Shown: positions 1 through 11,787, counted from the stretch's first letter. The stretch is DNA of 64,000 nt from Eledone cirrhosa (GCA_964016885.1 OZ024744.1:81158001-81222000), one strand, 5' to 3'. Numbers and translations are program-made. Notes: a model not told the origin generated them from the sequence alone.

Positions 1-99
1 AGTTTTGTTTGATGTATTTATAATTTCATACTCTAGGACCAGAATTTTAGTAAATATCATTTGAAATATAAATGTTGCACTGTATGGTTACTTATAACT

Positions 100-530
100 C
101 ACCCTGTATTTGACCAACCTCTGTTAGCTTTGGCAAGGTGTGTACTGCAGAAATGGTCAGCCACTTGTGATGAGAAAGTCTATATTGTTATGTTAGATGG
201 TCTGCATGCAGAAATGGCTGGCTCGCTGGAATATACTCGGTAATGTTTTGGACAGTTCTGGCAAGATGATGACTGGACAGTGGTTGTCATCTTGGATGGT
301 TCTGGCTGGACAGTGGCTAGATAGTGACTGTCACAGATGCAGATGTAGCATCCTCTGGTGTGATTGATTTCTATTTAAAAGCAGCAATATAACTTGAACC
401 AGGTATACCCAGAAGAACATTTTCATACTCAGTGATGGTTTGTTCTGGGGAAACACCATTCAGAAGAAAGGAGCTTTTTTCCATGTATTGATACCTAATC
501 ATTGACTATGAAATCCTAATTCTCATCTGT
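100..530 (+). mobile_element. Decayed fragment of a large invertebrate DNA-transposon-like ORF (superfamily uncertain)
   Basis: Broken translation PVFDQPLLALARCVLQKW...VMLDGLHAEMA...LDGSGWTVA...ADVASSGVIDFYLKAA...YLIIDYEILILI. It resembles the FDQPL...LGGLHxEM...GSGW motif string of TE-derived invertebrate proteins. Frameshifted, with stops. Confidence 0.55.
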
Positions 531-850
531 GAAGGCATGTGGTTTTGTGGTTAGGGAATTCGGCTCATGATCGTAAGGTTGTGAGTTTGATCCCTGGCGG
601 AACACTGTGTTCTTGAGCAAGACACTTTATTGCACATTGCTCCAGTTCACTCAGCTGGCAAAAATGAGTTGTACCTGTAATTCGAAGGGCCAGCCATGTC
701 ACATTCTGCATCAGGCTGAATCTCCCTGAGAACTATGTTAAGGGTATGTGTGTTTTGGGAATGCTCAGCCACTTGCATGTTCATTTCACAAGCAGGCTGT
801 TCCATTGATCTGATCAATGAGATCACTTGTCAAAATTAACAGAGTGCCCT
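531..850 (+). mobile_element. tRNA-derived SINE with CORE-like domain (family A)
   Basis: A/B-box-like head (TGGTTTTGTGGTTAGG...GAGTTTGATCCC), then TGTGTTCTTGAGCAAGACACTT. Second copy at about 41095-41390. Confidence 0.8.
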
Positions 851-869
851 CCAATTCACATCTTCATAG

Positions 870-1025
870 ATACTGTAAAGTGGTAGCGGTGGTGCCTCAA
901 TAAAACAGCACTCAGTTGACCCTGTTAGGTGGTAGAGGTGGTGTCATGATAAATTGCATCCAGTACATGTGGTTCAGCGGTTGGTGTTAGGAAGGGCATC
1001 TGGCTGTAGAAACCACAACAAATTG
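870..1025 (+). mobile_element. SINE fragment (family C body)
   Basis: GGTTGGTGTTAGGAAGGGCATCTGGCTGTAGAAA motif, shared with more than 10 copies in the window. Confidence 0.65.
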
Positions 1026-1392
1026 GAACATATGTGGCACACAGTCATCTAAATACAGGGTCTTTGAAAACCAATTATTGTGAGTATTGATCTTGTTCCT
1101 GTTTCTCCACACTGAGCAAATTCACTTGTGAGAAGCTCCAGTGTTTTAGAAACATCATTGACAATGAGAAAACAACATTGATAAGATGTCATTGACAACA
1201 AGGAAACGTCGAGAGTAAGGAAATGTCGACAGCAAAGAAACACCATCGACAATGTACAAAGTTAGGTAAAAACATGTGTAATACTGGTCTACTGGATCAG
1301 AATAGCCCAGGGTAGGAAACAATAATAACAACAAAGACATTATCAATTGCAGTCCAATGAGCATGTGTTTATGCAGTCACATGACCTGTAAG

Positions 1393-1645
1393 AAACAAGT
1401 CTGTTTCAAGCCCAGAATCTCATCAGGCCGGTGCTTATCCCGGTTTCATTGGCATTCAGCAACTGAAAGTACAAGACTTCCCCTGGACAGGATGCCAGTC
1501 CATCACATGGTTAACCCCACCAGCTATAGCTGGTACTCATTTTCAGCTAAATATACTGAAGAACACAATACATAACCCAATCCAGAAATTGAATGCACAA
1601 CATTATGATCATAAGTCCAACACCCTAACCACAAGGCTATGTGCT
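1393..1645 (-). mobile_element. tRNA-derived SINE, MetaSINE-like central domain
   Basis: Reverse complement carries GATGGACTGGCATCCTGTCCAGGGG...CTTGTACTTTCAG. Homologous to 48905-49140 (+). Confidence 0.65.
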
Positions 1646-1729
1646 GTCCACCTAACCATGCTCAAATCACACTCCACCTGGGCTTGTTCTATATTGGTAA
1701 CTTTTTTTTTTTTTACTTGGTAGTCTTCA

Positions 1730-2350
1730 TAGGTCTTCAGAAATCAGAGACATTGATGTCATTGGTCCTCTGTTAAAATTGTTGCATATCCATTCTTTTA
1801 GAAAAGACACGAGGGCTGACTTACTGGACAGGAAGTATTTGGTGTAGTGAATAGTGTGAGGTATTAGCAGTTGTACACAATATGAGATATTGTTGGGAGC
1901 TGAAATATTTTCTGTCTGTGAAAGGGAAAGGCCAATCATTAAGATGCAATCCTATCTACTTTGAAGATATACATTTCCCATGAGAAAGAGCCATGGTGAA
2001 TGTAAAGCCTAGCATTTGGAGCAATCATGAGGGTTCTAGTTATGTGCTATTTTACATTCATGGAGGGTGAGATATGTAACATTGGAGGATGTTTCCCAGA
2101 TCACTGTTCTCAGAATCAATGCAGGTTTGAGATGTGCTGAGAGTGCATGTGAATGACAGTTGGTTCAGGGAGGTTGTTAAATCATCTGCATAAGATTATG
2201 TCATTGATGAAGAGAAGGAAGACTATGAGGGAGAAAAAACCAAACCCTTGGGCAAACCCAGACCCAAACTTGTTAGAGAGTGTGACAGAAAGTGGACTGT
2301 CAGCAAATGCCACAATAGTGCAATCTAATAGGAAGCTACCGATTCATGAA
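1730..2350 (-). mobile_element. Decayed CR1/Jockey-group LINE, RT fragment
   Basis: Minus translation IGSFLLDCTIVAF...GFAQG...VFLLFINDI...YADDL matches RT motifs (GVPQGS, LFINDL, YADD). Frameshifted. Confidence 0.6.
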
Positions 2351-2699
2351 ATGACAGACAGTATCGGAACAAAACTAGATATCATCAACATTTACAAACA
2401 AATAAAGGAATCACACACACACAAAAAAAGGGATTCTAAATCCAAATCAAATATTTATGAGTAATATATGAAATTTAAAAAAAAATTGTTGATATTAAAA
2501 TTATATCATCACCATACAATTTGCTTGGTTGAGTGAAGGAGTGAAGAGAAGTATCTGTCATCATTGTCAGAGCGTCTGAGACTTATGGAAGGAAGATAAC
2601 CTCAATTTGGAGACCTGATCCCAGTGGAATCCATTAAAGGTAACCAAGGGCCAGATGGTGGTGTGTAAATAAAATCTAGTAAGTGCTGATTTATTTGGT

Positions 2700-3903
2700 T
2701 TGGGTATTGCAAGCTATTGGTATTTTGAGGTGTTGGTACTACAAGTTATTGGTATCTTGAGGTGTTGGTACTACAAGTTATTGGTATCTTGATGTGTTGG
2801 TACTACAAGCTATTGGTATCTTGAGGTGTTGGTACTACATGCTATTGGTACTACATGCTATTGGTACCTTGAGGTGTTGGTATTACAAGCTATTGGTATC
2901 TTGAGGTGTTGGTACTACAAGCTATTGGTATCTTGAGGTGTTGGTACTACAAGCTATTGGTATCTTGAGGTGTTGGTACTACAAGCTATTGGTATCTTGA
3001 GGTGTTGGTACTACAAGCTATTGGTATCTTGAGGTGTTGGTATTACATGCTATTGGTATCTTGAGGTGTTGGTATTACATGCTATTGATATCTTGAGGTG
3101 TTGGTACTACAAGCTATTGGTATTTTGAGGTGTTGGTATTACATGCTATTGGTATTTTGAGGTGTTGGTACTACATGCTATTGGTATTTTGAGGTGTTGG
3201 TATTACATGCTATTGGTATTTTGAGGTGTTGGTACTACAAGCTATTGGTATCTTGAGGTGTTGGTACTACATGCTATTGGTATCTTGAGGTGTTGGTACT
3301 ACATGCTATTGGTATCTTGAGGTGTTGGTACTACAAGCTATTGGTATTTTGAGGTGTTGGTATTACATGCTATTGGTATCTTGAGGTGTTGGTACTACAT
3401 GCTATTGGTATCTTGAGGTGTTGGTACTACAAGCTATTGGTATTTTGAGGTGTTGGTATTACATGCTATTGGTATCTTGAGGTGTTGGTACTACAAGCTA
3501 TTGGTATCTTGAGGTGTTGGTACTACAAGCTATTGGTATCTTGAGGTGTTGGTACTACAAGCTATTGGTATTTTGAGGTGTTGGTATTACATGCTATTGG
3601 TATCTTGAGGTGTTGGTACTACAAGCTATTGGTATCTTGAGGTGTTGGTACTACAAGCTATTGGTATCTTGAGGTGTTGGTACTACAAGCTATTGGTATC
3701 TTGAGGTGTTGGTATTACAAGCTATTGGTATTTTGAGGTGTTGGTACTACAAGCTATTGGTATCTTGAGGTGTTGGTACTACAAGCTATTGGTATCTCAA
3801 GCTGTTGGTATTACATGCTAGTAGTATCTTGAGGTGTTGGTATTACAAGCTATTGGTATCTTGAGGTGTTGGTATTACAAGCTATTGGTATCTTGAGGTG
3901 TTG
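2700..3903. repeat. Minisatellite, 32-bp unit GGTGTTGGTACTACAAGCTATTGGTATCTTGA, about 37 copies
   Basis: Directly visible contiguous tandem array with no spacers. The unit is two related 16-mers, both starting TTGGTA. Confidence 0.97.
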
Positions 3904-3904
3904 T

Positions 3905-5822
3905 AAATGACATAACCATTTACAAGACGACCTTTATGAAACTGATCGGACATTTGATCACCTACCAATTAGGAGAGCATGCAAACCAGATTGAATTCAT
4001 ACTCAATAGACAGATGCTTATAAATACTAAATTGTTCTCTGGAGAAGAATGCACCACTCAACATAAGTTAGTTATTAGTGAAGTCAGGATAAGAACTAGA
4101 TGAAATCAGAAATGCAGGAAAATCTGGTGAAGGAGAGTGTGGAAGGTAAAGGTCCTCTCTGTTAAATATAAGTTCAGAAAAGTTCTATGTGATGCATAAA
4201 ATGAAAGTAAGAGTTAGATACATATGGCATAGAGGACAATTTGAAGTTACTATGTGACAACCTGCTGCAGGTTACTGATAAAAATCAGTGGTTGGAGCAA
4301 AGTATCAGCCAGATGATAAGTATCTTGTTGGTAGAATACTACTGTGGATAGAACCAATAAATCGAAGAGACAGGCATGAAAAGACTGGGAAAATAGGGAC
4401 AGCAAAGAATAATATTAGGTAGCTAAAAGAGAAGCTAGGATAGACAACTCCCTATCAAAAGTGTGGGTGTCTCGGATTAAGAAAACTACAAAAATGAGGC
4501 TATTCAATGCAACAGTTGAGTCCATTCCCCTCTACAGACGTGAGTCATAGACACTGACAAAAACACTTACAAAGAGGATTAATGGTACATTCACCCAAAT
4601 ACTGAGAAAGGTTCAGAACATATCCTGGAGAACACATGTAGCAAAGAAATCACTCTACGGCCAACCTTTGCTTTTCTGACTTGATAAGGTGTAGGAGGCT
4701 TGCATTAGCTGGACATCTGAAACATCACAATGAATCTGCTGGCAGAGTTCTTTTCTGGAAACCTGATGCATGCAGATGAGTTGGTAGACTAACCACCATG
4801 CTGAAGAATGTTCTTGAAGATGACACCGGGTTGGAGGCAGGGGAAATTCAGATGGCAATGCCAGACAGGGTGAGCTGGAGGAGGAACTTCATCATGGCAC
4901 CAGTAACGGATGTATAGAAGAAGAAAAGTGAAGCTAGATGAAAGGTTTTCATAGCACATAAAGAATCTGAAAGATAGGAAGTTTGCCAATGTCTTGCAAT
5001 GTGAGGATCAGTGACAGGAAGTGTTCTACATTGCAAAACAGTGTGTCAGTAATAATCAAGAAGTTGTTGGGGAAAAGTGTGTTCGAAAGGACACCAGTGC
5101 ACTTAGTTTCACTGATGCTTGGAAATGTTATGAGATGATGCTGAATGTAGAGAATGAGGTATAGTGGAATAGCAGGCAGGTTACAGAAATACAGATTTTG
5201 TATGTGACAGATTCACAGAGGTAGGTAGTTGTAAGAGCAGCAGTAAAATAAAATTTCTCCAATCTCAGGAAGGTTCCATAGAAGTAGTTGATAGATGACC
5301 TGATTAGAAATCGAGAAAGTTGCACTGAAGGCATAGTAGTTAGAATAAGAACAGGATAGAAAAAGTTCAGGGAGCTATTACCACTGTTTACAACAAAGGG
5401 ATTGTCTTTAAGAGCAAAGGGTAGAGTGTATGATGCCTGTCCATGTGTGTGAAACACTATGTTTCATGACAGTGAAACACTGGCTATGAATGCAGTAGAC
5501 ATGCAAAGACTGGAGAGAAACGAAGCAAGCATGCTCCATAGGATGTGTAATGTTAGTGAGAGCAAATGATGAAGCATGGTTGAGTTGGTATAAGACAAAT
5601 CAGATGACTGTGCTCATATGGGGATGTGATGCATATGAATGATAATTGTGGGTGAAGGAAAAAGATACCAGTGGAAGACAAATGAAGACTTGGGCAGAGT
5701 TGGTGAGAGCTGATTTCAAAATGCTGAAGGAACACAACAAATAAAGGCAAGCTATACTGGAGAAGACCCATCCAACCTGTGCAAGCATGGGAAAATGGAC
5801 ATAAAATATTTAAGCTAATGAT
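3905..5822 (+). mobile_element. Decayed, internally deleted RTE LINE
   Basis: Translates HLITYQLGEHANQIEFIL...GEECTTQHKLV...RRVWKVK (end of APE endonuclease) and later KKFRELLPLFTTKG...RLERNEASML. RT core deleted. Ends in the RTE tail CCAACCTGTGCAAGCATGGGAAAATGGAC. Confidence 0.85.
4439..4923 (+). mobile_element. 5'-truncated RTE (BovB-like, second family) nested in the RTE above
   Basis: KMRLFNATVESIPLY...TLTKTLTKRINGTFTQILRKVQNISW...RRLALAGH...DRVSWR, with a (GAA)n tail. Flanked by a 14-bp TSD, AAAAGAGAAGCTAG (4425-4438) / AAAAGTGAAGCTAG (4924-4937). Confidence 0.85.
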
Positions 5823-5829
5823 TATATAT

Positions 5830-5986
5830 AGACCTTGAGCAAGATGGCTGGATAACATCCATGAGCTTGGTTGGGCATACTTAGGGACCCAGCTGGATCA
5901 GTTGCTTCTGACAGGACCAGCTGGAAAGAGTGTTTGAGGACTTTTACTCCCACAACCCTTATCAGGAAAAAGTGGGTGAAGAAGAT
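5830..5986 (+). mobile_element. 3' end of Expander/Rex3-like RTE LINE
   Basis: ARWLDNIHELGWAYLGTQLDQ...ASDRTSWKECLRT, then a GAAGAA tail. Homologues at 40075, 48378 and 62075. Confidence 0.75.
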
Positions 5987-5998
5987 ATATGATATATG

Positions 5999-6195
5999 AA
6001 AAGATTCAGGACCCCAACGGCTGAGCTCTGGCCGTTTCGACAGTTAGATCTGAATGTTCGGATCTAACTGTCGAAACAGCCGGAGCTCAGCCGTTGGGGT
6101 CCTGACTCTTTTCCTATTACCCACTCTACTACCCTACATATTGAGTACTCTGGTGAGTAATAGTCCAGCTGGTTTTTACCACATCCTATCTGATA
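5999..6195. mobile_element. Fold-back element (114-bp near-perfect palindrome 5999-6112 plus single-copy tail); Penelope-like end
   Basis: AGGACCCCAACGGCTGAGCTCTGGCCGTTTCGACAGTTAGATC / GATCTAACTGTCGAAACAGCCGGAGCTCAGCCGTTGGGGTCCT. Same family at 19765-19930. Confidence 0.7.
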
Positions 6196-6204
6196 TATAT
6201 ATGC

Positions 6205-6347
6205 ACTCACTGTAAATGATGTTGTTAGGAAGGGCATCCAGCTGTAGAAATCAAGCCAGAATCAGTTCCCGTATGAGCAAGACAAGGTCAGCCGACTGGA
6301 CAACCCGTCTAACCCCTGGACGTAAAACGGTGATAATGATGATGATA
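6205..6347 (+). mobile_element. SINE family C 3' part with RTE-type tail
   Basis: GTTAGGAAGGGCATCCAGCTGTAGAAATCAAGCC...GGACGTAAAACG(GAT)n. Confidence 0.8.
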
Positions 6348-6682
6348 TATATGTATGTTTCTGTATGTAAATTTAAAACAAAATAATTATGAACCAAACT
6401 TACCAATTAATTTTAACCCGCATTTCTTTTTTTTTTTTTACAAGTGAAAAATATTTCATTGACATCTTTAATGAAAGCTCAAGTTAAATATGCCAGTACA
6501 ACTTAGGTGTTTAACACATAAATCTACATTATATATCTTTTTAAATAAAAATTTTTTTCTCCTCTGTGGTTGCAGCAGCAACTGTTGTACTCTTGTTCAG
6601 TTGTGTTATTTTATGAAAATAAATTATTGATGATAAATAAAAATTCTTACCTTAGTTTACACCAGAAGATAATATATATAAT

Positions 6683-6927
6683 TGAAAAAGTGAGGAATAA
6701 CATGGTCAACAGTACAAAAAAGGGGAATTTATTTAGTCTAATAATTGTTTCTCTGATTAAGTTGTCTAAAAATTGCCACTCAATTTTAAATACGATGCTA
6801 GCTCAATCATGTCATCGGAGACTATTACAAAAAATATATAACCGGCAAATAACCGAGAAACAATTGTTAGACTGTAAATAAATTCCCCTTTTTTGTAATG
6901 TTGACCATGTTATTCTTCACTTTTTCA
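6683..6927. mobile_element. Fold-back element with about 70-bp inverted arms and a relic hammerhead motif (6734-6824, minus)
   Basis: Arms 6683-6753 / 6855-6927. Minus strand reads TAGTCT-CCGATGA-[stem II TGATTGAG/CTTAATCA]-GAAAC-AATT-ATT-AGACTA. The other arm has GAAAC-AATT-GTT-AGACT. Confidence 0.65.
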
Positions 6928-7247
6928 CTTTTATTACTCCAAGATAAACTTACATAGGAATACAAGTTAAATCATAAACTCGCCACCTACGTAAACCTCT
7001 TGTTGAGTCAAACAAAGCTGTACGCTAAAACTATCCATAATAAGAAGTATTCACAACCTCTAAATGGATTACCTATAACGACATTTTGGTATTCCTTATA
7101 TATATATATATATAGAGAGAGAGAGACATGTAAAATCCTGACCGCAGTGTCAAGTGGTTTCGGCTTGTGTGTTTTACATTATACCCACTCTGTCTCTCTC
7201 TACATATATATATATAATTAACTAGGCATGAAAATATTGAAAACAGT

Positions 7248-7477
7248 TTAACTCTTTTGATAATCAAACTGCCTGAAACCACCCATACTACTATAATAGA
7301 ATACTTGTTTGTTTTTAAATGTTTGTATTTATCTAAAAACTTTCCATCATAATTTTATGTAAGAATCTTTGTCTCAGAAGGATATAGAGCAACCAATAGA
7401 ATGCTAGAAAATGTATTCCTGCATAGCTCCTAATGTACACAAGTTGGAAACCAGCTTTACTCTCATTTAAGAGTTAA
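7248..7477. mobile_element. Degenerate TTAA-flanked (piggyBac-like) MITE, family 2
   Basis: TTAA-CTCTT...AAGAG-TTAA. Internal similarity to 25549-25898, 30414-30833 and 31490-31747. Confidence 0.55.
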
Positions 7478-7484
7478 TCTGCCT

Positions 7485-8112
7485 CGTTGGCCCCAGTGGA
7501 TAGAGTGAAAATGTTGTCCCAGAAGATAGTGAAGGAGATGTGGCGAAACAGCTACTCAAACTCCTGAAGGTTCACTTCTGCTGGTAGCCAACTCCGCCCT
7601 GATAGCAGTGAATAGGAATGTGGTTTGGAGGGGCCAAGAATGACAGAAGTCTCCACTGCCACAGGCTCAAACACAAACCTAACAGAGAGTGGCCGATATT
7701 CCAACAGTTTGCCCTCTTTGGCCCAATGGGCAGTAAAGCCAGGGCTAGTAGCTGAATGCAACAGGTTGCCACTAGAAAAGGTGTCACAACATGAGAAATT
7801 CCAGATAAGTGGCTACCACTTAGGAACAGAGGGATTGTTATGCCATCTGGCCTTTTCTTGTCCCCTCAGACCAGCCCCACTAGCCTAAGCTAGGAAGGGA
7901 AACATGCAGCATCCAGACCGTGCCTTATGATCTCATTGAGAGCAGTAAGACACGGGAGGCAGCTGGTATTATAACAATATGACAGTGTGTGGAAGCCAAA
8001 AGAGTCTATAGTGGAACTGCAGTGGCATTTGTGAGGCTCACAGATTTGGAGGCCGAGACTCACGGAAATACCAATCTGCAAATAATTACTATCCAGCTGA
8101 GTGCCAAACCTT
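7485..8112 (-). mobile_element. Decayed C-terminus of a CRE-like non-LTR retrotransposon (zinc knuckle plus restriction-like endonuclease)
   Basis: IGISVSLGLQICEPHKCHCSSTIDSFGFHTLS...ALNEIIRHGL...GDKKRPDGIT...FVFEPVAVETSVILGP: CCHC knuckle, RPD motif and P.AVET motif of RLE-type elements. Confidence 0.75.
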
Positions 8113-10311
8113 CAAACATGAGCTGAATAATGAGAAAGTTAGTTATTTTACTAAATCCCTCGAATATCTTGATTATTTTCAAAATGATTTGAAAACCATC
8201 TGTTGTATTGTTTTTGTTTATAATTTATAAGAATTTTGGTAACAAAAATGTTAAACTGTTTATGCTTATTTAAAAAGCTTCTACCATCATTTTCTGTAAA
8301 AATATTTGTTGAGCTATTTTCCAAATACCAGCTTAATGATGAGGAAGTTAGTTACATTTCTAAATCACTCTAAATTCTTATAAGTAGTGCCTTTAATATG
8401 GTACGAGATATGTCAAGGAAAGGGTCAACAAATAAAGATGTACCTGTGTTTGTGTGTATAAACAACAAAAATAACAAAGTAAAATAAACAGAAAAAATAA
8501 TGAAAGCAACAGAGAATGCTTGTATAAATATTTTATTTGCATGCTATTTATTACTTCATATTGTAGGAAAGCAACAACGAGGACGCAAACAACTTACTTT
8601 AGTACCTAGTCAGCTTTAGAGTTTAAAATTGTTTTCTTTCTTTCATAAAAAAAAAAAAAAACCCAAAACATTTTACTCTTTCTCAATCTTATGAGCAATA
8701 ATTTATGAGAATATTTAAGTAAAACTATAATTTTTTAGGTTGCCATATAAAATTAAAATAATAAAAAAAAAAATAAAAGAAACCATAAGAGTTTGGCTAA
8801 AAATAAACCTGATCTATAAAAATAAATAAAATTGTGTCAATTCAACAAAATCAGAAATCATTTACATGAGAAAAAAAAAAAGAAATATCCCCATTAATTT
8901 TTTGGTTTTTTTAATAGGCAGGAAAAAGTGGTTTCCATTTCAAAGATATGGAAAAAATTTAAATTTTATTTTAGTACTTTATAGTGAAATATTGTTTATT
9001 AAATGATGTACTAAAGAATTAAGAAGTGTGCTTCCTTGTTTCCACTGTTGCTGTAGTCCAGTTACTAATTCTAGCACACTGCTATCCACAACTGCTGTTA
9101 AATTTAGAAAAAAAAAAAAAATGTTGACCCCTATCATCCAACACATTTGAGAGAATCTTACAGCCATCTTCCATAATTTCTACATTAAGTGATTTGTAAT
9201 CTCTTGCCCAACTCAGATTTGAGAAAATACTTTAATATTGCAGTTGGAAATCAAGAATATAATGATGCAGAAAATAATAGATACCAAACATCCAAAAACA
9301 CCAGCAGAAACTCTCCTCCTCTTTCTGTCAAGATGCAAAACTTCAGAACTGCTATCATCAATGTTGGCATAAAAGGTAGGTCTGGAGAGATTGTAGAGAT
9401 TCTAGAGTAGAGGCGAGTAGATGTGTACTGTGTACAAGAAGTAAGATGGAGGCAAGGAACACAGGAAGAAGTTCATGTAGGTAGGTAACCGCACTGGTGT
9501 GAATGGAGTTGGCATATTGTTTAGAGAGAAATTAATAGATAAAGTAATTGAGGTAGTCAGAGTATGTGACAATAATTAAGTTTAGACTAGTTATAGACAA
9601 CATGGCTGCAACAGTTATTTCTGTTTATGTACCACAATCAGGCCTGACAAATGGACTGCTTTTTGATGCTCTTGTAGAATACCTCAATAACAGATAACAG
9701 CAACTTTGTTATCATTGCTTGTGAATATAGTACATGGAATGAAGATGGATCAAACCTCTTGAGATTCTGTGATGCCAAAACTATTTGCAACACTAAGTTC
9801 AAGAAACCAGCCAATGGCCTGATAAACACACAAGCCAGATGGACTTCATAATCACCAAGAAGCAGAAGAGACTAATTGATGATGAATAAGTTGTTCTCCA
9901 ACATAGAATATGAGCCAGTTATATCCAGAGACAAAAGACATACTGGAGGAAAGGTGTGGTAATTGAAAGATGCCTCAGCCAGACATACATTCAAAGAAGT
10001 AGTAGGTAATCAAGGAGGAGAAATGAATAAAGATCTAAAACATAGAAGACAACAGGGAGCTTCTATGAGACAATCTTTTGTGAGCCACAGTTTTGGATAG
10101 AGCAAAGTTCCAACTAGATGAGATGGAAGGTTATATGGTGGTGGAATGGTACAGTAGTTTTAGAGTCATAGAAAACTAAAAGACAGGTTATATAAAAGAG
10201 AAGCTAGATGTTAGATAGAGTTAGTAAAATGAGAAGCAGGAAAGGGAAGTGTTTCAGATTGCAAAGCATTATGAATGGTGAATCAAGATGTCATTGGGAA
10301 AGTGTTTGCAT

Positions 10312-11132
10312 AATAATGGTTTCTGATTTTTTGGGGGTGGGGGTGTAGAATCGACCAAATCGACCCCAGTGTATTACTGGTACTTTATTTTATTGATCTC
10401 ATAAGGATGAAAGACAAAACTAACTGTGACAGGATTTGAATTCAGAAAGTAAAGGGCCGTAATTCTATGCTGCAAAGCATGTTGCCCAATGCTCTACCAA
10501 TACTGCTAATCCATCACTCTTGTTTACATAATAATCCGTAAGGATGAAAGGCAAAGTTAACCTCGGCGGGATTTGAACTCAGATTGGAATCCCGCCGAGG
10601 TTAACTTTGCCTTTCATCCTTATGGGGTCGATAAAATAAAGTACCAGTAATGCACTGGATAATTGCTGGCCTTGTGCCAAAAGTAGAAACAATTATTATG
10701 TAAACAAGAGTGATGGATTAGCAGTATTGGTAGAGCATTGTTTACATAATAATGGTTTCTGATTTAGACACAAGGCCTGCAATTTTGGGGATGGAGGGGA
10801 AGTTGATTAAATCGACCCAGGTGCATTACCGGTATTTTATTTTATTGACTCTTTAAGGATGAGAAGCAAAACTATCCTCAGAGGAATTTGAACTCAGAAC
10901 TATATGCCACAAAGCATAATACACTGCCCTCTTGCTTACATAATAATAACAATAATATTTGTTTCTACTTTTGGCATAAGGCCAGCAATTATCCCAGTGC
11001 ATTAGTGGTACTTTATTTTATCGACCCCAGATGAAAGGCAAAGTTAACCTCAGCGGATTTGAACTCAGAACGTAAATGGCCATAACTCTATGCTGCAAAG
11101 CATAGTGTCTGACGCTCTACCGATACTGAATA
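10312..11132 (-). mobile_element. Cluster of Nin/Deu-domain tRNA SINEs (family B), one segment inverted
   Basis: Repeated TACTGGTACTTTATTTTATCGACCCC..AAGGATGAAAGGCAAAGTTAACCTCGGCGGGATTTGAACTC. This is the reverse complement of a B-box plus the Nin-like TTTGCCTTTCATCCTT..GGGGTCGATAAAATAAAGTACCAG. Confidence 0.85.
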
Positions 11133-11787
11133 ATTGTAAATTTGCCATTACTGAAACTATAACGAAAAGAGACATTGAAGAGAAAGAGACTAGCTCAAGT
11201 AAACCCAACAATGGGACCATATATTGAAATAGTTATTAACCCTTTCATTACCATACTTCTAATGTAATACCCTGTATTTGAATAAAATAATGAAGAATTT
11301 GAGGGAGATTTACTAAAGTTATTGATTATTTCATTATTAAGACATGAACTTTACATATGGTTCTTATGTCAAATTATGTTGGAAGATTTTAATTTAACCT
11401 TCTGCATGCTAGTAAATTTTATGAGTTTTTCCCTTGACACTACATTATCTATTAAGGGGAGTTACTCATATGGTGCATTTTGTTGCCCATAGCATGCTGA
11501 AGGCTAAATAGGAACATTTTAAAGAAGTTGGTTTTGTTTCATAGAACCAGAGCTGGGTATTTTGTGGGGAGGGAGGGCACTTTGATATTAAAAGGCTTAA
11601 GGATATGAAAACAGGAAAAGTAGCCAAATGATCATGGGTAATCATTAAGATGCTGAAAATATGAGGTGAAGCAGGACTTGTGCAAGTCACTTACATTACC
11701 AACCAAATAGTACAATATACTAGTGTAGCAGTGTCATCATCAACTGCTACAAAGACAAAAAAGATGCTCTAGAAAGAAATAACCATA

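Noticed and set aside
1395-1432. CTGATGA...GAAAC on the minus strand as a hammerhead
   Set aside because: It lies in a SINE 3' tail; the sister copy at about 49105-49140 lacks the core, and stems I and II do not form.
2700-3903. CRISPR array (32-bp repeats)
   Set aside because: The repeats are contiguous with no unique spacers, there are no cas genes, and the context is eukaryotic.
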